From Spirochaetia bacterium (GTDB taxonomy: Bacteria > Spirochaetota > Spirochaetia > CADAEX01), in the NCBI GenBank assembly GCA_963662265.2, contig CAXXHA010000032.1:112144-176143 (forward strand): a stretch of 64,000 nucleotides of DNA, given 5' to 3'. Each line of letters opens with the position of its first letter. Within the stretch, counting starts at the first letter, position 1. The translations under genes were made by a program, and so were the position numbers. The notes below the pieces were generated by a model that saw only the letters and a list, made by a program, of their open reading frames with translations, was not told the DNA's origin and made no database searches. This document shows, one piece after another, positions 29,251 through 39,332 of this stretch.

Positions 29251-30603
29251 GTGAATAAGAAGTATTTATTCCTGCCTGTTATATTCCTGCTTATACTGAC
29301 AGGCGAAGCTTTAGGCGAAGGTCTTTTTGATTCAGCAGTTTCTGATAATAAATCATCGGGTGAATATACAGAAGCAAACAGCAGTGCAGCATTAGATAAA
29401 CAGCAAAAAGAAATGAATGAAAATCCTGCCTCTGGATCATCTGCCAGCTTTTCAGGGTCTGTAAAAGCTCTCCTGAACTCCGGGATCAACAGGAACGAGG
29501 ATAATTCCAGCACAGAAAACTCTTTTACAGAATTCAGAGGCAAAGTTACAGCCTCCCCTTCCGGGAATATAAAGGCGTTTTCCGAGATTGTTGCCAAAGG
29601 AAACCCATACTCAGAGACAGGAGAAACTGAAATTGAACTTAGAGAAGCATATATTGATATCTACAGCAGCCTGATCGATATATCGGTGGGGGAAAAAATA
29701 ATTGCCTGGGGCAGGGCTGATGCAGTAAACCCTACCAATAAAATTACCCCTTTACGGAACAGTTCAGTATCATCGGTTGAAGATGACAGAAGAATGGGGA
29801 ATCTGCTCGCAGAAGCGAGACTTAACCTTTATCCATTCACATTTACAGCAATATGGCTCCCCCTTTACAAAGAGTCGGGACTCCCCTCTTTTATAGAATC
29901 AAGCCTCAGCAAACCTGACCCTGTCATTGAAAATTCATCGTTTGCTGTTAAAACAGATTTTGAAAGCAGTGATTTCGAATTCTCACTTTCCTATTTCAAC
30001 GGCTACAACCCGTCACCCGGTATATCAGGAATAACATCCAGTACAATGGCTCTGAAGCCATACAGGATCCATAATATCGGGTTTGATTTTTCGACTGCGG
30101 TATCTGATTACGGGATCAGGGGGGAAACAGCAGTTCTTATTCCTTTTAAAGATCATGAAGAAATATATGTTCCATCGCCTGAAATTTCATATATTGCGGG
30201 AATAGACAGGTCTATAGGAGACTTTACGCTGATTCTCCAGTATTCGGGAAAGTTCATTACCGACTTTATTGAAAAAAAGAGCCTTACAGGTCTCACTGTG
30301 CCTGAATCGGAAATAGAAAACATGAACAGGATAATCAGCTCCCAGACAGAAGAGATAATTCACTCGGCTGTATTCAGAATATCTCTTGATCTCTTTTATG
30401 AAACACTTTCACTGGAAACAGCCGGAAGCTGGAATTTCACTACAGAGGAACTTTTTCTGAAACCTCTTGTCGTATGGGATGCGGCAGATTCCCTTACAGT
30501 ATCAGGTGGCGCTTTTTTCTATGCAGGAAAGGATAACACACTCTTCGGCATGATGGAGGAAAAAAGCAGCTCAGTATTCGCGGAGGTCAAACTATGTTTC
30601 TGA
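29251..30603 (+). CDS. Putative outer-membrane beta-barrel (DUF1302-like)
   Basis: GTG start after GGAGG; signal peptide; ELREAYID, GEKIIAWGRAD..NPT; C-terminal AEVKLCF. Confidence 0.75.
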   Translation: MNKKYLFLPVIFLLILTGEALGEGLFDSAVSDNKSSGEYTEANSSAALDKQQKEMNENPASGSSASFSGSVKALLNSGINRNEDNSSTENSFTEFRGKVTASPSGNIKAFSEIVAKGNPYSETGETEIELREAYIDIYSSLIDISVGEKIIAWGRADAVNPTNKITPLRNSSVSSVEDDRRMGNLLAEARLNLYPFTFTAIWLPLYKESGLPSFIESSLSKPDPVIENSSFAVKTDFESSDFEFSLSYFNGYNPSPGISGITSSTMALKPYRIHNIGFDFSTAVSDYGIRGETAVLIPFKDHEEIYVPSPEISYIAGIDRSIGDFTLILQYSGKFITDFIEKKSLTGLTVPESEIENMNRIISSQTEEIIHSAVFRISLDLFYETLSLETAGSWNFTTEELFLKPLVVWDAADSLTVSGGAFFYAGKDNTLFGMMEEKSSSVFAEVKLCF

Positions 30604-30736
30604 TAATAATGCTTGATAAGATCCTCTCAGCTTCGGAAAAAGCTGAAAACAGAATTACTACAGAAGATAAATCAACAAATACACCAGAAAAAAAGCTGAG
30701 CTGCAGTATTCAGAACACAGCTTTTGGAGAAAGGTC

Positions 30737-31378
30737 ATGACGGAAAATACTTCGAAAAATATTAAAGAGGGAAAAAAAGAGGCAATTCTTGAAGCGGGAA
30801 AAAAGCTTTTTTCAGAAAAAGGATTTTCCGCTGTAGGAGTAAGGGATATTGCAAAGGAGGCTGAGGTAAACATCTCCATGATATCCTATTACTTTGGCGG
30901 AAAAAGCGGAGTCCTTAAGGAAATACTTTCATCATTCTTTGATGATTATTCAAGCGTCATACAGGGCACTGTGGAAATAACAACAGATCCGCCTCTGTTT
31001 GTATCAAACCTTATAGACCGGATTATTCCCTTTTTCAGGGACCATAGCAGGGAAGTGCTTATTTTTGCTGCTGAAATGCCTGTTGATTCATCAGATATAA
31101 CTGACTTTAAAGCGGAAAAAGTAAGAAACCTCTTAAGCATATTCAGGGCTGTTTTCAGGAGGGCGGGACTCCCGGCAGAACTGGAGGAGAAATTTCTGAG
31201 TATAATCGGTCCTGCCTTCTTCAGCATGGTATTCTCCCACTTCCTTTTCAGGCCTGTTGCATCAAAAAGTTTCAATATTATATTTGACGATGATTTTTAC
31301 ACTCTTTACAACAGGATCATAAAAATGATTATGACAGGGGCTGTAAAAGAACTTCAGGAAAACTTCAAAGAGGAGTAA
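30737..31378 (+). CDS. TetR/AcrR family regulator
   Basis: ILEAGKKLFSEKGFSAVGVRDIAKEAEVNISMISYYFGGK. Confidence 0.95.
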   Translation: MTENTSKNIKEGKKEAILEAGKKLFSEKGFSAVGVRDIAKEAEVNISMISYYFGGKSGVLKEILSSFFDDYSSVIQGTVEITTDPPLFVSNLIDRIIPFFRDHSREVLIFAAEMPVDSSDITDFKAEKVRNLLSIFRAVFRRAGLPAELEEKFLSIIGPAFFSMVFSHFLFRPVASKSFNIIFDDDFYTLYNRIIKMIMTGAVKELQENFKEE

Positions 31379-31383
31379 TTGTT

Positions 31384-33690
31384 ATGAAAATTATAAAAGA
31401 CAGGAGATTAAGCATGAAAAAAATATCAGATGCAATAATCAGATACAGATACCTTATAATTGCTCTATACGCCGCAGTCACAGTACTGTCACTCATGCAG
31501 CTGAAGAATATTGAAGTGGATCCGGAAGTGAAAAACATGCTTCCCAAACATATTCAGAGCAGAGTAGACACAGACAGAATTGAAGATATTTTCGGGGGAA
31601 CAGACCTCCTGATGGCTGTCTTTGAATCAGATAATATTCTTGAAGCAGAAACCCTGAAAAGGATAAAAAACATATCCCGCGAAATTAGCCGTCTTAACGA
31701 AGTTGATAAAGTGATGTCGCTTTTCGAACTCAAGGATATATCTGGAGAAGAGGGATATATGCTTGTTGAACCTGCAGTTGACAGAATACCTTCCTCTCCC
31801 GAAAAAGAAGCCCGGCTTAAGGAAAGGCTTAAGAATAATGATCTCGTATATAAAATAGTTATATCTGAAGATTTCAGAGTTACAGCAGTTATCGCAACAA
31901 TAACAGAAAATGTTTCTGACATTGAAATTGTCAGTAAATTAAAAGGAATTGTTGACAAGTTTCCGGGAAATGAAAAAGTTTATTACGGCGGCATGCCTGT
32001 TACAAGAATCGATGTAAGCAGGGATATAAAAACAGATATACGAAACTTCCTCCCCGGGGGAATCCTGATTATGCTTGTATTTCTCTATTTCTCCTTCAGG
32101 CAGCTCAGGGGCGTAATTCTTCCATTTCTGGTAGTTGTTATGTCTATTATTCTTTCCATGGGGCTTATACCGGTATTCGGATGGAAAATGTCAATGCCTA
32201 TAATACTGCTTCCTGTAATAATGATTGCAATTGCAAATGATTACGGTATTCATATGATTGCAAAATACCAGGAGGACAACACAGAGGAAAACAGCCTTAC
32301 AAACAGGCAACTTGCTTCAAAAATGTTTCAGAGTCTCGGCAAACCTGTTATTGCAACAGGTCTCACAACAATTGCAGGGATGCTCTGTATGCTTTCCCAT
32401 ATCATAATGCCGGCAAAGCAGCTTGCTGTTTTAGCAGCAATAGGTATTGCATATGCACTGTCTGCAAGCCTTCTTTTTATTCCGGCAGTAACATCTATTA
32501 TGAGAAACGCACAACCTGTAAAAAGCGGGAAAAAGGTTCATATACTGGAAAGGCTGTTAAACCTGTTTGCAGATTCAGTTATAAGACATCCAGGCAAAAT
32601 AATAATAGTTTTTATTTCTGTAACTGTAATCCTGGCAGGAGGCATTTTCCTTGTAAAAATTGATGCAAACCCCGAGAAGTATTATCCGGAGAACCACCCG
32701 GTTGTTGTCAGCTCAAATATAATAAATAACAATCTCGGAGGAAGCCAGAATATATCTGTTATGTTCTCAGGAGATATAAAAGACCCTGATATGATGAAAA
32801 AAATTGACAGCTATGAGAATAAATTTGAAGAACTTGATTATGTGGGAAACACCTCATCCATTGCAACAGCAGTTCATGAAATGTCGAAAGCAATCAATAT
32901 GCCGGGAGAGCAGTACTATGATGTAATTCCTGATTCCAGAAATGCAATTGCCCAGTATTTTGAACTTTACAACATGAGCGGAGATCCCGAGGATTTTGAC
33001 AAGCTTGTTGATTTCCCTTATGAAAACTCACACCTGATGGTAAGAATAAACAATGCTGATACCCCGGCAATAAAAGGAGTTGCAGATAAAATAAGGCAAA
33101 TGACAGAGAATGATCCTGAGGTTACAGCAATAGGCGGATGGGGTATGATTTTCACAGACCTGGCAGATCATATTGTAAAAGGACAGTTTATGTCACTGTT
33201 CTTCTCAACAGTGGTTGTAGCTGTAATGCTTATGATTCTGTTCAAATCTTCCAGGGGAGGCCTTTTTTCAATAATCCCTCTTGTAATGTCTATTATAATA
33301 CTTTTCAGCCTCATGGGGCTTCTTAAAATCGAGCTGAATATTGCCACAGCGCTTCTCTCGTCAATTATGATCGGTGTGGGGATAGATTACACCATTCATT
33401 TCATATGGCGCTACAAAGAAGAGCTTGAAGCAGGGAAAAGCAGGGAGGAAGGAATCAGGACAACACTTACAACAACTGGAAGAGGAATCATATTCAATGC
33501 TTTATCAGTTATTGTAGGATTTATCGTGCTTATATTTTCATCATTCATGCCGGTAAGATTTTTCGGATTCCTCGTTGTTATCTCAATTTTCTCATGCCTT
33601 GCAGGGGCTCTTCTTTTCATTCCTGCTTTATGCCTCAAATACAAACCTTCATTTCTGGAAAAATATACAAAGGGAGAAAAATATGTTTAA
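31384..33690 (+). CDS. MMPL/RND family transporter
   Basis: Two RND halves; IAIANDYGIH and IGVGIDYTIH motifs. Confidence 0.92.
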   Translation: MKIIKDRRLSMKKISDAIIRYRYLIIALYAAVTVLSLMQLKNIEVDPEVKNMLPKHIQSRVDTDRIEDIFGGTDLLMAVFESDNILEAETLKRIKNISREISRLNEVDKVMSLFELKDISGEEGYMLVEPAVDRIPSSPEKEARLKERLKNNDLVYKIVISEDFRVTAVIATITENVSDIEIVSKLKGIVDKFPGNEKVYYGGMPVTRIDVSRDIKTDIRNFLPGGILIMLVFLYFSFRQLRGVILPFLVVVMSIILSMGLIPVFGWKMSMPIILLPVIMIAIANDYGIHMIAKYQEDNTEENSLTNRQLASKMFQSLGKPVIATGLTTIAGMLCMLSHIIMPAKQLAVLAAIGIAYALSASLLFIPAVTSIMRNAQPVKSGKKVHILERLLNLFADSVIRHPGKIIIVFISVTVILAGGIFLVKIDANPEKYYPENHPVVVSSNIINNNLGGSQNISVMFSGDIKDPDMMKKIDSYENKFEELDYVGNTSSIATAVHEMSKAINMPGEQYYDVIPDSRNAIAQYFELYNMSGDPEDFDKLVDFPYENSHLMVRINNADTPAIKGVADKIRQMTENDPEVTAIGGWGMIFTDLADHIVKGQFMSLFFSTVVVAVMLMILFKSSRGGLFSIIPLVMSIIILFSLMGLLKIELNIATALLSSIMIGVGIDYTIHFIWRYKEELEAGKSREEGIRTTLTTTGRGIIFNALSVIVGFIVLIFSSFMPVRFFGFLVVISIFSCLAGALLFIPALCLKYKPSFLEKYTKGEKYV

Positions 33691-34492
33691 AATCAGTTTC
33701 AGTAATTTCCTCATGGCAGTTCTCATGATAACTGCATTTTTAAATCCTCTTTATGCGGATGATAATTTAACAGCAAAGGAAATTTATGAGAAAGCTGTTA
33801 CAGGAAACCGACTGGACGGAAGCGAGGCTGTCTCAAGAATGGTTATAATCGATAAAAAGGGGAGAGAGCGGGTGCGAGATACAGCACAGATCTCAAAGCT
33901 TTATGATAACGGGGAAACAGAAAAAAAACTTATAAGGTTTCTTGCTCCGGCAGATGTAAAAGGGACAGGATTTCTCACTTTCGATTATGAAAAGGAAGAC
34001 GATGATATGTGGCTCTACATGCCTGCCCTGAGAAAGGTGAGGAGAATAGTATCATCTGAAAAATCAAAAAGCTTCATGGGATCAGAATTCTCCTATGCAG
34101 ATATGTCCCCGGTCCCCTCCTCCGACTTCAGCTTCAAACTTCTCGGATCCGAGAATGTCAAAGGCACAGAATGCCATGTCATAGAACTGATACCGGTGGA
34201 TTATGAGACTGCTGATGAAAACGGGTTTTCAAAAAAAATCGGATGGATCGGGAAAGAGGATTTTGTAATCAGGAAAGCTGAATTCTATGATTTTACAGAC
34301 ACACACTTCAAGACAATGTATACAGAAAACATCAGCCTCATTGATCCTGAAAAGAAGAAATACAGGCCTCTTCTGATGACAATGGAAAATCATGACAACG
34401 GAAGGAAATCAATACTGGAAATAAAGAAAATTGTACTCAACAGAAATGTGGGGGATGAATATTTCACCCAGAGATATCTTTCAAGGGAATAG
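33683..34492 (+). CDS. LolA-like outer-membrane lipoprotein-sorting protein (DUF1329-like)
   Basis: FLAPADVKGTGFL, DDMWLYMPALRKVRRI, SFMGSEFSYAD; ATG 33683 overlaps the RND stop. Confidence 0.88.
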   Translation: MFKISFSNFLMAVLMITAFLNPLYADDNLTAKEIYEKAVTGNRLDGSEAVSRMVIIDKKGRERVRDTAQISKLYDNGETEKKLIRFLAPADVKGTGFLTFDYEKEDDDMWLYMPALRKVRRIVSSEKSKSFMGSEFSYADMSPVPSSDFSFKLLGSENVKGTECHVIELIPVDYETADENGFSKKIGWIGKEDFVIRKAEFYDFTDTHFKTMYTENISLIDPEKKKYRPLLMTMENHDNGRKSILEIKKIVLNRNVGDEYFTQRYLSRE

Positions 34493-34535
34493 ATAAACAG
34501 CCGGATCAGTAAGTCTGTATCCGGATAAACGTTAC

Positions 34536-34728
34536 AGGCACTTTTAAAAACCCAGGTTTTTGTGATTTCCCCCCGGCAAACCTGGGAAAGTGCCTTTAAT
34601 ACCTGACAGCAGGTGATTCTACTAGAAAAGAACTGTGTTTTTATTTACAAGAAATTATTATCACACAAGGGTATATAGTTTAATTCATAATAAAACAAAG
34701 GAAAAACATCATTTTAGGAGATTCCCTC
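34536..34728. repeat. Dispersed MITE-like repeat copy (composite)
   Basis: aggcacttttaaaaaccc..ccccggcaaacctgggaaagtgcct (self-inverted ends), then cacaaggg..gagattccct, as at 36483-36598. Confidence 0.65.
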
Positions 34729-34852
34729 ATAAGCGGAATATCAGGTCCTGAATAATATTCAGGACTTTTTATAACATTGAATCAGTAATTATATTTTCAG
34801 CATCTTATCATCATATTCATCTGATTCAGAAAATAATATCCAGCCAGAAATG

Positions 34853-35650
34853 CTAATCATCAACCCCATCGAGATATTCATCATACTTTGCATTCATGAC
34901 TTCAGAAAGTTCATCCCGTATCTCTTTCCTCTCTTTGCAATCTGTCGACACCGGAGGCAGAACCTCCATCTGCAGCGAAAGTGATCTGAACATGAGCACT
35001 TTCAACAGCTGTGGAACAAATTTCATTCCGCCGAAATAACCGAACCTTACATAATCAGATCTCTTTATATCCTTTCCGTCTATCTTCCGGTATGTAAGAA
35101 CCACAGGCAATGCTTCGATGCCTGTTCCCAGAACAGCCTCTATAAGCCCGCCCCGGAAAGGGAGAAGCCCCTGCCCGTTTGAACATGTGGCTTCCGGGAA
35201 AAGACATATACTCAAGCCGCTTTTAAGGACCTCCCCTATCCTGGGTATTTCTTCCTTTAAAGTTGTGATCTTTCTTCTTTCAACAAAAAGACATCCTGCA
35301 AAAAAAGCAACCTGCCCCATCACCGGCCGTTTTTTCAGCTCTTTGGAAGTAATAAAAAGTGTCCTGAAAACACTTACAATCGCAAAGATATCAATAAAAG
35401 TCAGATGGTTGCCCATGATGAAATAAGACTTTGACTTATCATAATTTTCAAGACCTTTGTATTCTATATCAACAGAGAGAGCCCTGAGAGCAAACCTGTC
35501 ATAAAATCCGGTCACCGCCATAAGCCTCTTTCTCTTTGTTACTGTCGATGCCGGGACAAGAAAAACCAGAGATGTTGTCATTATGAATAAAACCAGTATA
35601 ACGAAACTGAAAAGCAGTTTGTAAAATATTCTTAAAAGCTTTATCACCAT
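34853..35650 (-). CDS. 1-acyl-sn-glycerol-3-phosphate acyltransferase (PlsC family)
   Basis: NHLTFID (HxxxxD), FVER, FPEAT, PFRGG. Confidence 0.88.
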   Translation of the reverse strand: MVIKLLRIFYKLLFSFVILVLFIMTTSLVFLVPASTVTKRKRLMAVTGFYDRFALRALSVDIEYKGLENYDKSKSYFIMGNHLTFIDIFAIVSVFRTLFITSKELKKRPVMGQVAFFAGCLFVERRKITTLKEEIPRIGEVLKSGLSICLFPEATCSNGQGLLPFRGGLIEAVLGTGIEALPVVLTYRKIDGKDIKRSDYVRFGYFGGMKFVPQLLKVLMFRSLSLQMEVLPPVSTDCKERKEIRDELSEVMNAKYDEYLDGVDD

Positions 35651-35832
35651 ATCTTTCTATCACTCCTGATGCAATTCATAAAAAAGTAAGCAGTTATCCC
35701 AATCATAAATCTTTGCCCACCGCTGTTTTGCACATATTTTCATAATAATTATAATATCAGCCTGCAAGCAGGTGCCTGAAATTATAATTCCTGTTATAAT
35801 AATTCGCAGCAATGTAAAAAATCAACTGGAAA

Positions 35833-36270
35833 ATGAGGCTTGTTATGACAAAAACTGAATTAATTGTGCGATATGCTGAGACTGACCAGATGGGAATAGT
35901 ACATCATTCTGTATATCCTGTCTGGTGTGAAGCAGGCAGGACTGATTACATGGAGAAAGAGGGGTATCCCTACTCAAGAATGGAACAAGAGGGGCTTATG
36001 CTTCCCCTGTCAAAAATGGACTTTAAATTTCTTGAAGGGGCAAAATACGGTGATACTGCAGTAGTGGAAACAAAAATTGACAAGGTTTCACCGTTCCGGC
36101 TTGAAATAATTTACAGCATATTCAGGAAATCAGATTATAAACTTCTTGCTGAAGGCAGAACAGTACATGCATGGACAAACACATCACTTCAGATTGTGAA
36201 TCTCAAAAATGAATTTCCCGGTCTTTTCAGTCTTCTGAATGATCAGAAAATAAAAGATCACAGGGAATAA
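35833..36270 (+). CDS. YbgC/FadM-family acyl-CoA thioesterase
   Basis: VRYAETDQMGIVHHSVY..WCEAGRT. Confidence 0.92.
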   Translation: MRLVMTKTELIVRYAETDQMGIVHHSVYPVWCEAGRTDYMEKEGYPYSRMEQEGLMLPLSKMDFKFLEGAKYGDTAVVETKIDKVSPFRLEIIYSIFRKSDYKLLAEGRTVHAWTNTSLQIVNLKNEFPGLFSLLNDQKIKDHRE

Positions 36271-36433
36271 AATATTGTAGAAATACAATATCCCTGACAA
36301 TTTCAATAGCTGATTCAATATTTACGGGAACTTTTAAAAATCCGCAGTAGTGAGTTTTTTCTCTTTCAAGCAGGAAAAACACCTGAAATATCTGCAACAG
36401 CCAGAAAGACTCCCCGAAGAGGGAATTCTGATA

Positions 36434-36473
36434 AAAAAAGGTTCACCCGGCAATTACCAGGTGAACCTTTTTT
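36434..36473. terminator. Bidirectional intrinsic terminator
   Basis: aaaaaaggttcacccgg-caatta-ccaggtgaacctttttt between convergent genes. Confidence 0.8.
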
Positions 36474-36482
36474 ATTTTATGA

Positions 36483-36598
36483 GCTCCTCTAAAACTCGCT
36501 TTTTAGAGTTTTTTACCCGGCAAGCCGGGTAAAGTGCCTCAGATTTTCGCCCACAAGGGAATCTAGACGAAAAAACTATGTTTTTTGAGATTCCCTTA
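36483..36598 (+). repeat. Dispersed MITE-like repeat copy (composite of two modules)
   Basis: cctctaaaactcgctttt..cccggcaagccgggtaaagtgcctcagattttcgcccac followed by the aagggaatct..agattccctt inverted module. Confidence 0.8.
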
Positions 36599-36613
36599 TA
36601 ATCTGCCGGATAT

Positions 36614-39073
36614 CTATTTCATATCAATTCCAAATTCAACTCGCCTGTTTTTCCACCAGATTGACTTGTCTTTTGTTGAAGTCACAGGTTTTTTCCCGCC
36701 GAAGAATTCAATTCTGATTCTGTCTTCAGGAATTCCCTCATCCATGAGTGCCTTCTTGACTGATAAGGCTCTTCTTTCTGTTAAAGGAATAAGTACTGTC
36801 TCCTCCCTTGCCTCTTTATTGCTTTTTGAACTGTGAAAAACATTAAGAGCATGACCTTCAAGCACTATAGTATAATCGGGATATTTTTTTGAAAGGGATG
36901 CAACCTTCCTTATCGACTTCATATTCTCATCTCCGGCTGATTTTCCCCTTGAATAGAGACTATGTTTGTACGCCGAGAAAATTATATTGGGAACTTTTAT
37001 GTAATACCTTCCGTTTACAAGTTCTGCAATTATATCGATTGTAAAATCACCTTCGCATACAGCTCTGTTTCCGTTCATATCAACAAGCTCAAGTGAAGCG
37101 TCAAATCTGCTGCCTGACTCAACTTCATCAGCTATATAGTCCTCTCCGTAAAGCACAATACCTTCATCAGAAAGTCCGCTGCCGTCAGCCTCATCCTCTT
37201 CCCCGCTTTCATCCTTAAGCTTCAGTATCCACTTATAAATACCGCTATCATCCTTAACATTTGGATCTATATAAACCTGGCCGTCAAGAACTTCTCCGTT
37301 AACTGCAAAAGGTGTTGCAGTTATTACAAGATCTGTTTCAGGAGGAGTAAGGTCGTAGAAGTATTTAAAGAAATGCTGTGATTTGCTTCCGTTTTCATAA
37401 GCTGCGGTAAATGATACGTTATAATCACCCTCTTCAGCCTCATCCCTGCTTCCGGGAATTATAATCATTTCAGGAAAAACACCTTCACCGGATTCTTCAT
37501 AAATAACATTACCGTCTGTATCACTTACCTTGAAAGACCACATTTCAATTCCGCCTGTTGAATCAGATTCGACTTTGAATGCAGCAATACCATCAATCTG
37601 TTTTTCAATCATTTCCGCGCCTGGAATATTAACAAGCTGGGCTTTCTTGTCAGCCCGGTCAATGGTCAGTTTCTTTTTTTCAGGCACATAGGGATTACCT
37701 GCAAGATCTTCAAAATATGTTTCAAGGTAGTAGTCGCCGTCAGCAAGCTCTTTTCCATCTTCATCAGTACCGTCCCAGACAATAAGAGAAGTTGTTTCCT
37801 CGCTTGTCATTTCACCTATTGAATTGCCATCGCTGTCAGTTATCTGCCCTTTCCATTTGACAATCTTGTTTGATTTCATAGAAATTTCAGTAGTATCCCT
37901 GTTTCCGCTTCCGTTAGGAGAAAATACAGGATTGCTTACCTTGAAATCAACAACAGGAGCAGTGGTATCCAGATACACAGTCTCTGTTTTCACAATCCTG
38001 GCACCGTTTTCATATTCGCTTGAAAAGCCCAGGGTATATGAACCCTGCGGAAGTTTTTCCCCCTGCTCTCCACGGCCGTCAATTACAGCCTCATAAATTC
38101 CAGGCTCTGCACCCTTGTCCGATAGGATCACATTGCCTTTTGAATCTGCCATTGAAACAGACCAGCCGACAAATCCTTCTTCGGTTTTCTGTCCGAATGT
38201 TGCTATTATAGTATCTTTATTCCCATCATTGTTCGGTGAAAAATATGTATCTGTAAGTTCAAAAACCACATCTGCAAGAGTTGTATCAAGGATAAATCCG
38301 GATAATGATTTTTCCTCCATTTTATTACCGGCAAGGTCTGTTGAATTAATTCTGTAACTGTATAATCCGTCAGCTGCAGGATTTCCGTTATTATCAAGCC
38401 CGTCCCATTCCACATTGGGAAGAGAAGTGTTTTCCCACCTGAAAGTCTTTACAACATTACTGTCCTCATCAAGCATCTCCCCTGTCCATAGGGATTCATC
38501 TGTGGATTTTTCCTGCTTTATAACAAGAACATCAAGATTTCCATCGTTATTCGGTGAAAAAATCACCTTGTCAGGTTTTACAAGTTCAACTGACGGGGGA
38601 GCAACATCAACAACAAAGTCATCAAGTGCAACATCGTCAATATTTCCTGATGAATCCTTGACCCAGAGTTCCACATTATAAATACCGTCAGGAACCTTGT
38701 TGCCTTCTGTATCAAACCCGTCCCATTTCACTGACTTTTCAAGTGTAAATTCTGAATATTTTGTAAATATCCTTATAAACCAGTTAATATCAGATTTTTC
38801 AGTTTCAATAACTTCCGTTATCACATCGCCTGATGAGTTTTTGATTCGGAGCCCGTATTCAGGTACATACCCCTTCTTGCTCTTAACATAAATCTTTACT
38901 TTGAAATCAAGTTCAGATGAATCCTGAACACCATTACCGTCAGGAGAAATATACTGTGTTCCCGAAGTAGCAACTTCAAGATCAGGAACTTCCTTGTTTC
39001 CTCCCGCGGAAATACTGAATGTCATAAAAATAAATAGACATAAAGCAATCACTATTATTCTGAAACTTTTCAA
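36614..39073 (-). CDS. Secreted FlgD-Ig-repeat protein with a C-terminal OmpA-like peptidoglycan-binding domain
   Basis: Signal peptide; repeated (I/F)SPNxDG..D and WDG.D..G....DG.Y motifs; C-terminal EGHA..LTERRA..WWKNRRVEF. Confidence 0.85.
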   Translation of the reverse strand: MKSFRIIVIALCLFIFMTFSISAGGNKEVPDLEVATSGTQYISPDGNGVQDSSELDFKVKIYVKSKKGYVPEYGLRIKNSSGDVITEVIETEKSDINWFIRIFTKYSEFTLEKSVKWDGFDTEGNKVPDGIYNVELWVKDSSGNIDDVALDDFVVDVAPPSVELVKPDKVIFSPNNDGNLDVLVIKQEKSTDESLWTGEMLDEDSNVVKTFRWENTSLPNVEWDGLDNNGNPAADGLYSYRINSTDLAGNKMEEKSLSGFILDTTLADVVFELTDTYFSPNNDGNKDTIIATFGQKTEEGFVGWSVSMADSKGNVILSDKGAEPGIYEAVIDGRGEQGEKLPQGSYTLGFSSEYENGARIVKTETVYLDTTAPVVDFKVSNPVFSPNGSGNRDTTEISMKSNKIVKWKGQITDSDGNSIGEMTSEETTSLIVWDGTDEDGKELADGDYYLETYFEDLAGNPYVPEKKKLTIDRADKKAQLVNIPGAEMIEKQIDGIAAFKVESDSTGGIEMWSFKVSDTDGNVIYEESGEGVFPEMIIIPGSRDEAEEGDYNVSFTAAYENGSKSQHFFKYFYDLTPPETDLVITATPFAVNGEVLDGQVYIDPNVKDDSGIYKWILKLKDESGEEDEADGSGLSDEGIVLYGEDYIADEVESGSRFDASLELVDMNGNRAVCEGDFTIDIIAELVNGRYYIKVPNIIFSAYKHSLYSRGKSAGDENMKSIRKVASLSKKYPDYTIVLEGHALNVFHSSKSNKEAREETVLIPLTERRALSVKKALMDEGIPEDRIRIEFFGGKKPVTSTKDKSIWWKNRRVEFGIDMK

Positions 39074-39332
39074 TATTTTAACCTCCCCCCTGTTTCAGGG
39101 TTTTGCTGTTAATGCCATTATAGCATGGTTTCCCTGTACAAAGGGCAAACCATAGAAAAACAACCGGAAAATAAAAAAGTTACTCACTTTTTTATTCAGT
39201 CATTAAAAAAATCACATATCTTCATTCATTTTACAAAAGTATAATAAATATACAGATATAATTCTATTCATTATTGTAATAAGTGAGGGCTCCAGGTTTT
39301 CAGAGGTTAGATAGATATAAAATTGCAGCTAA

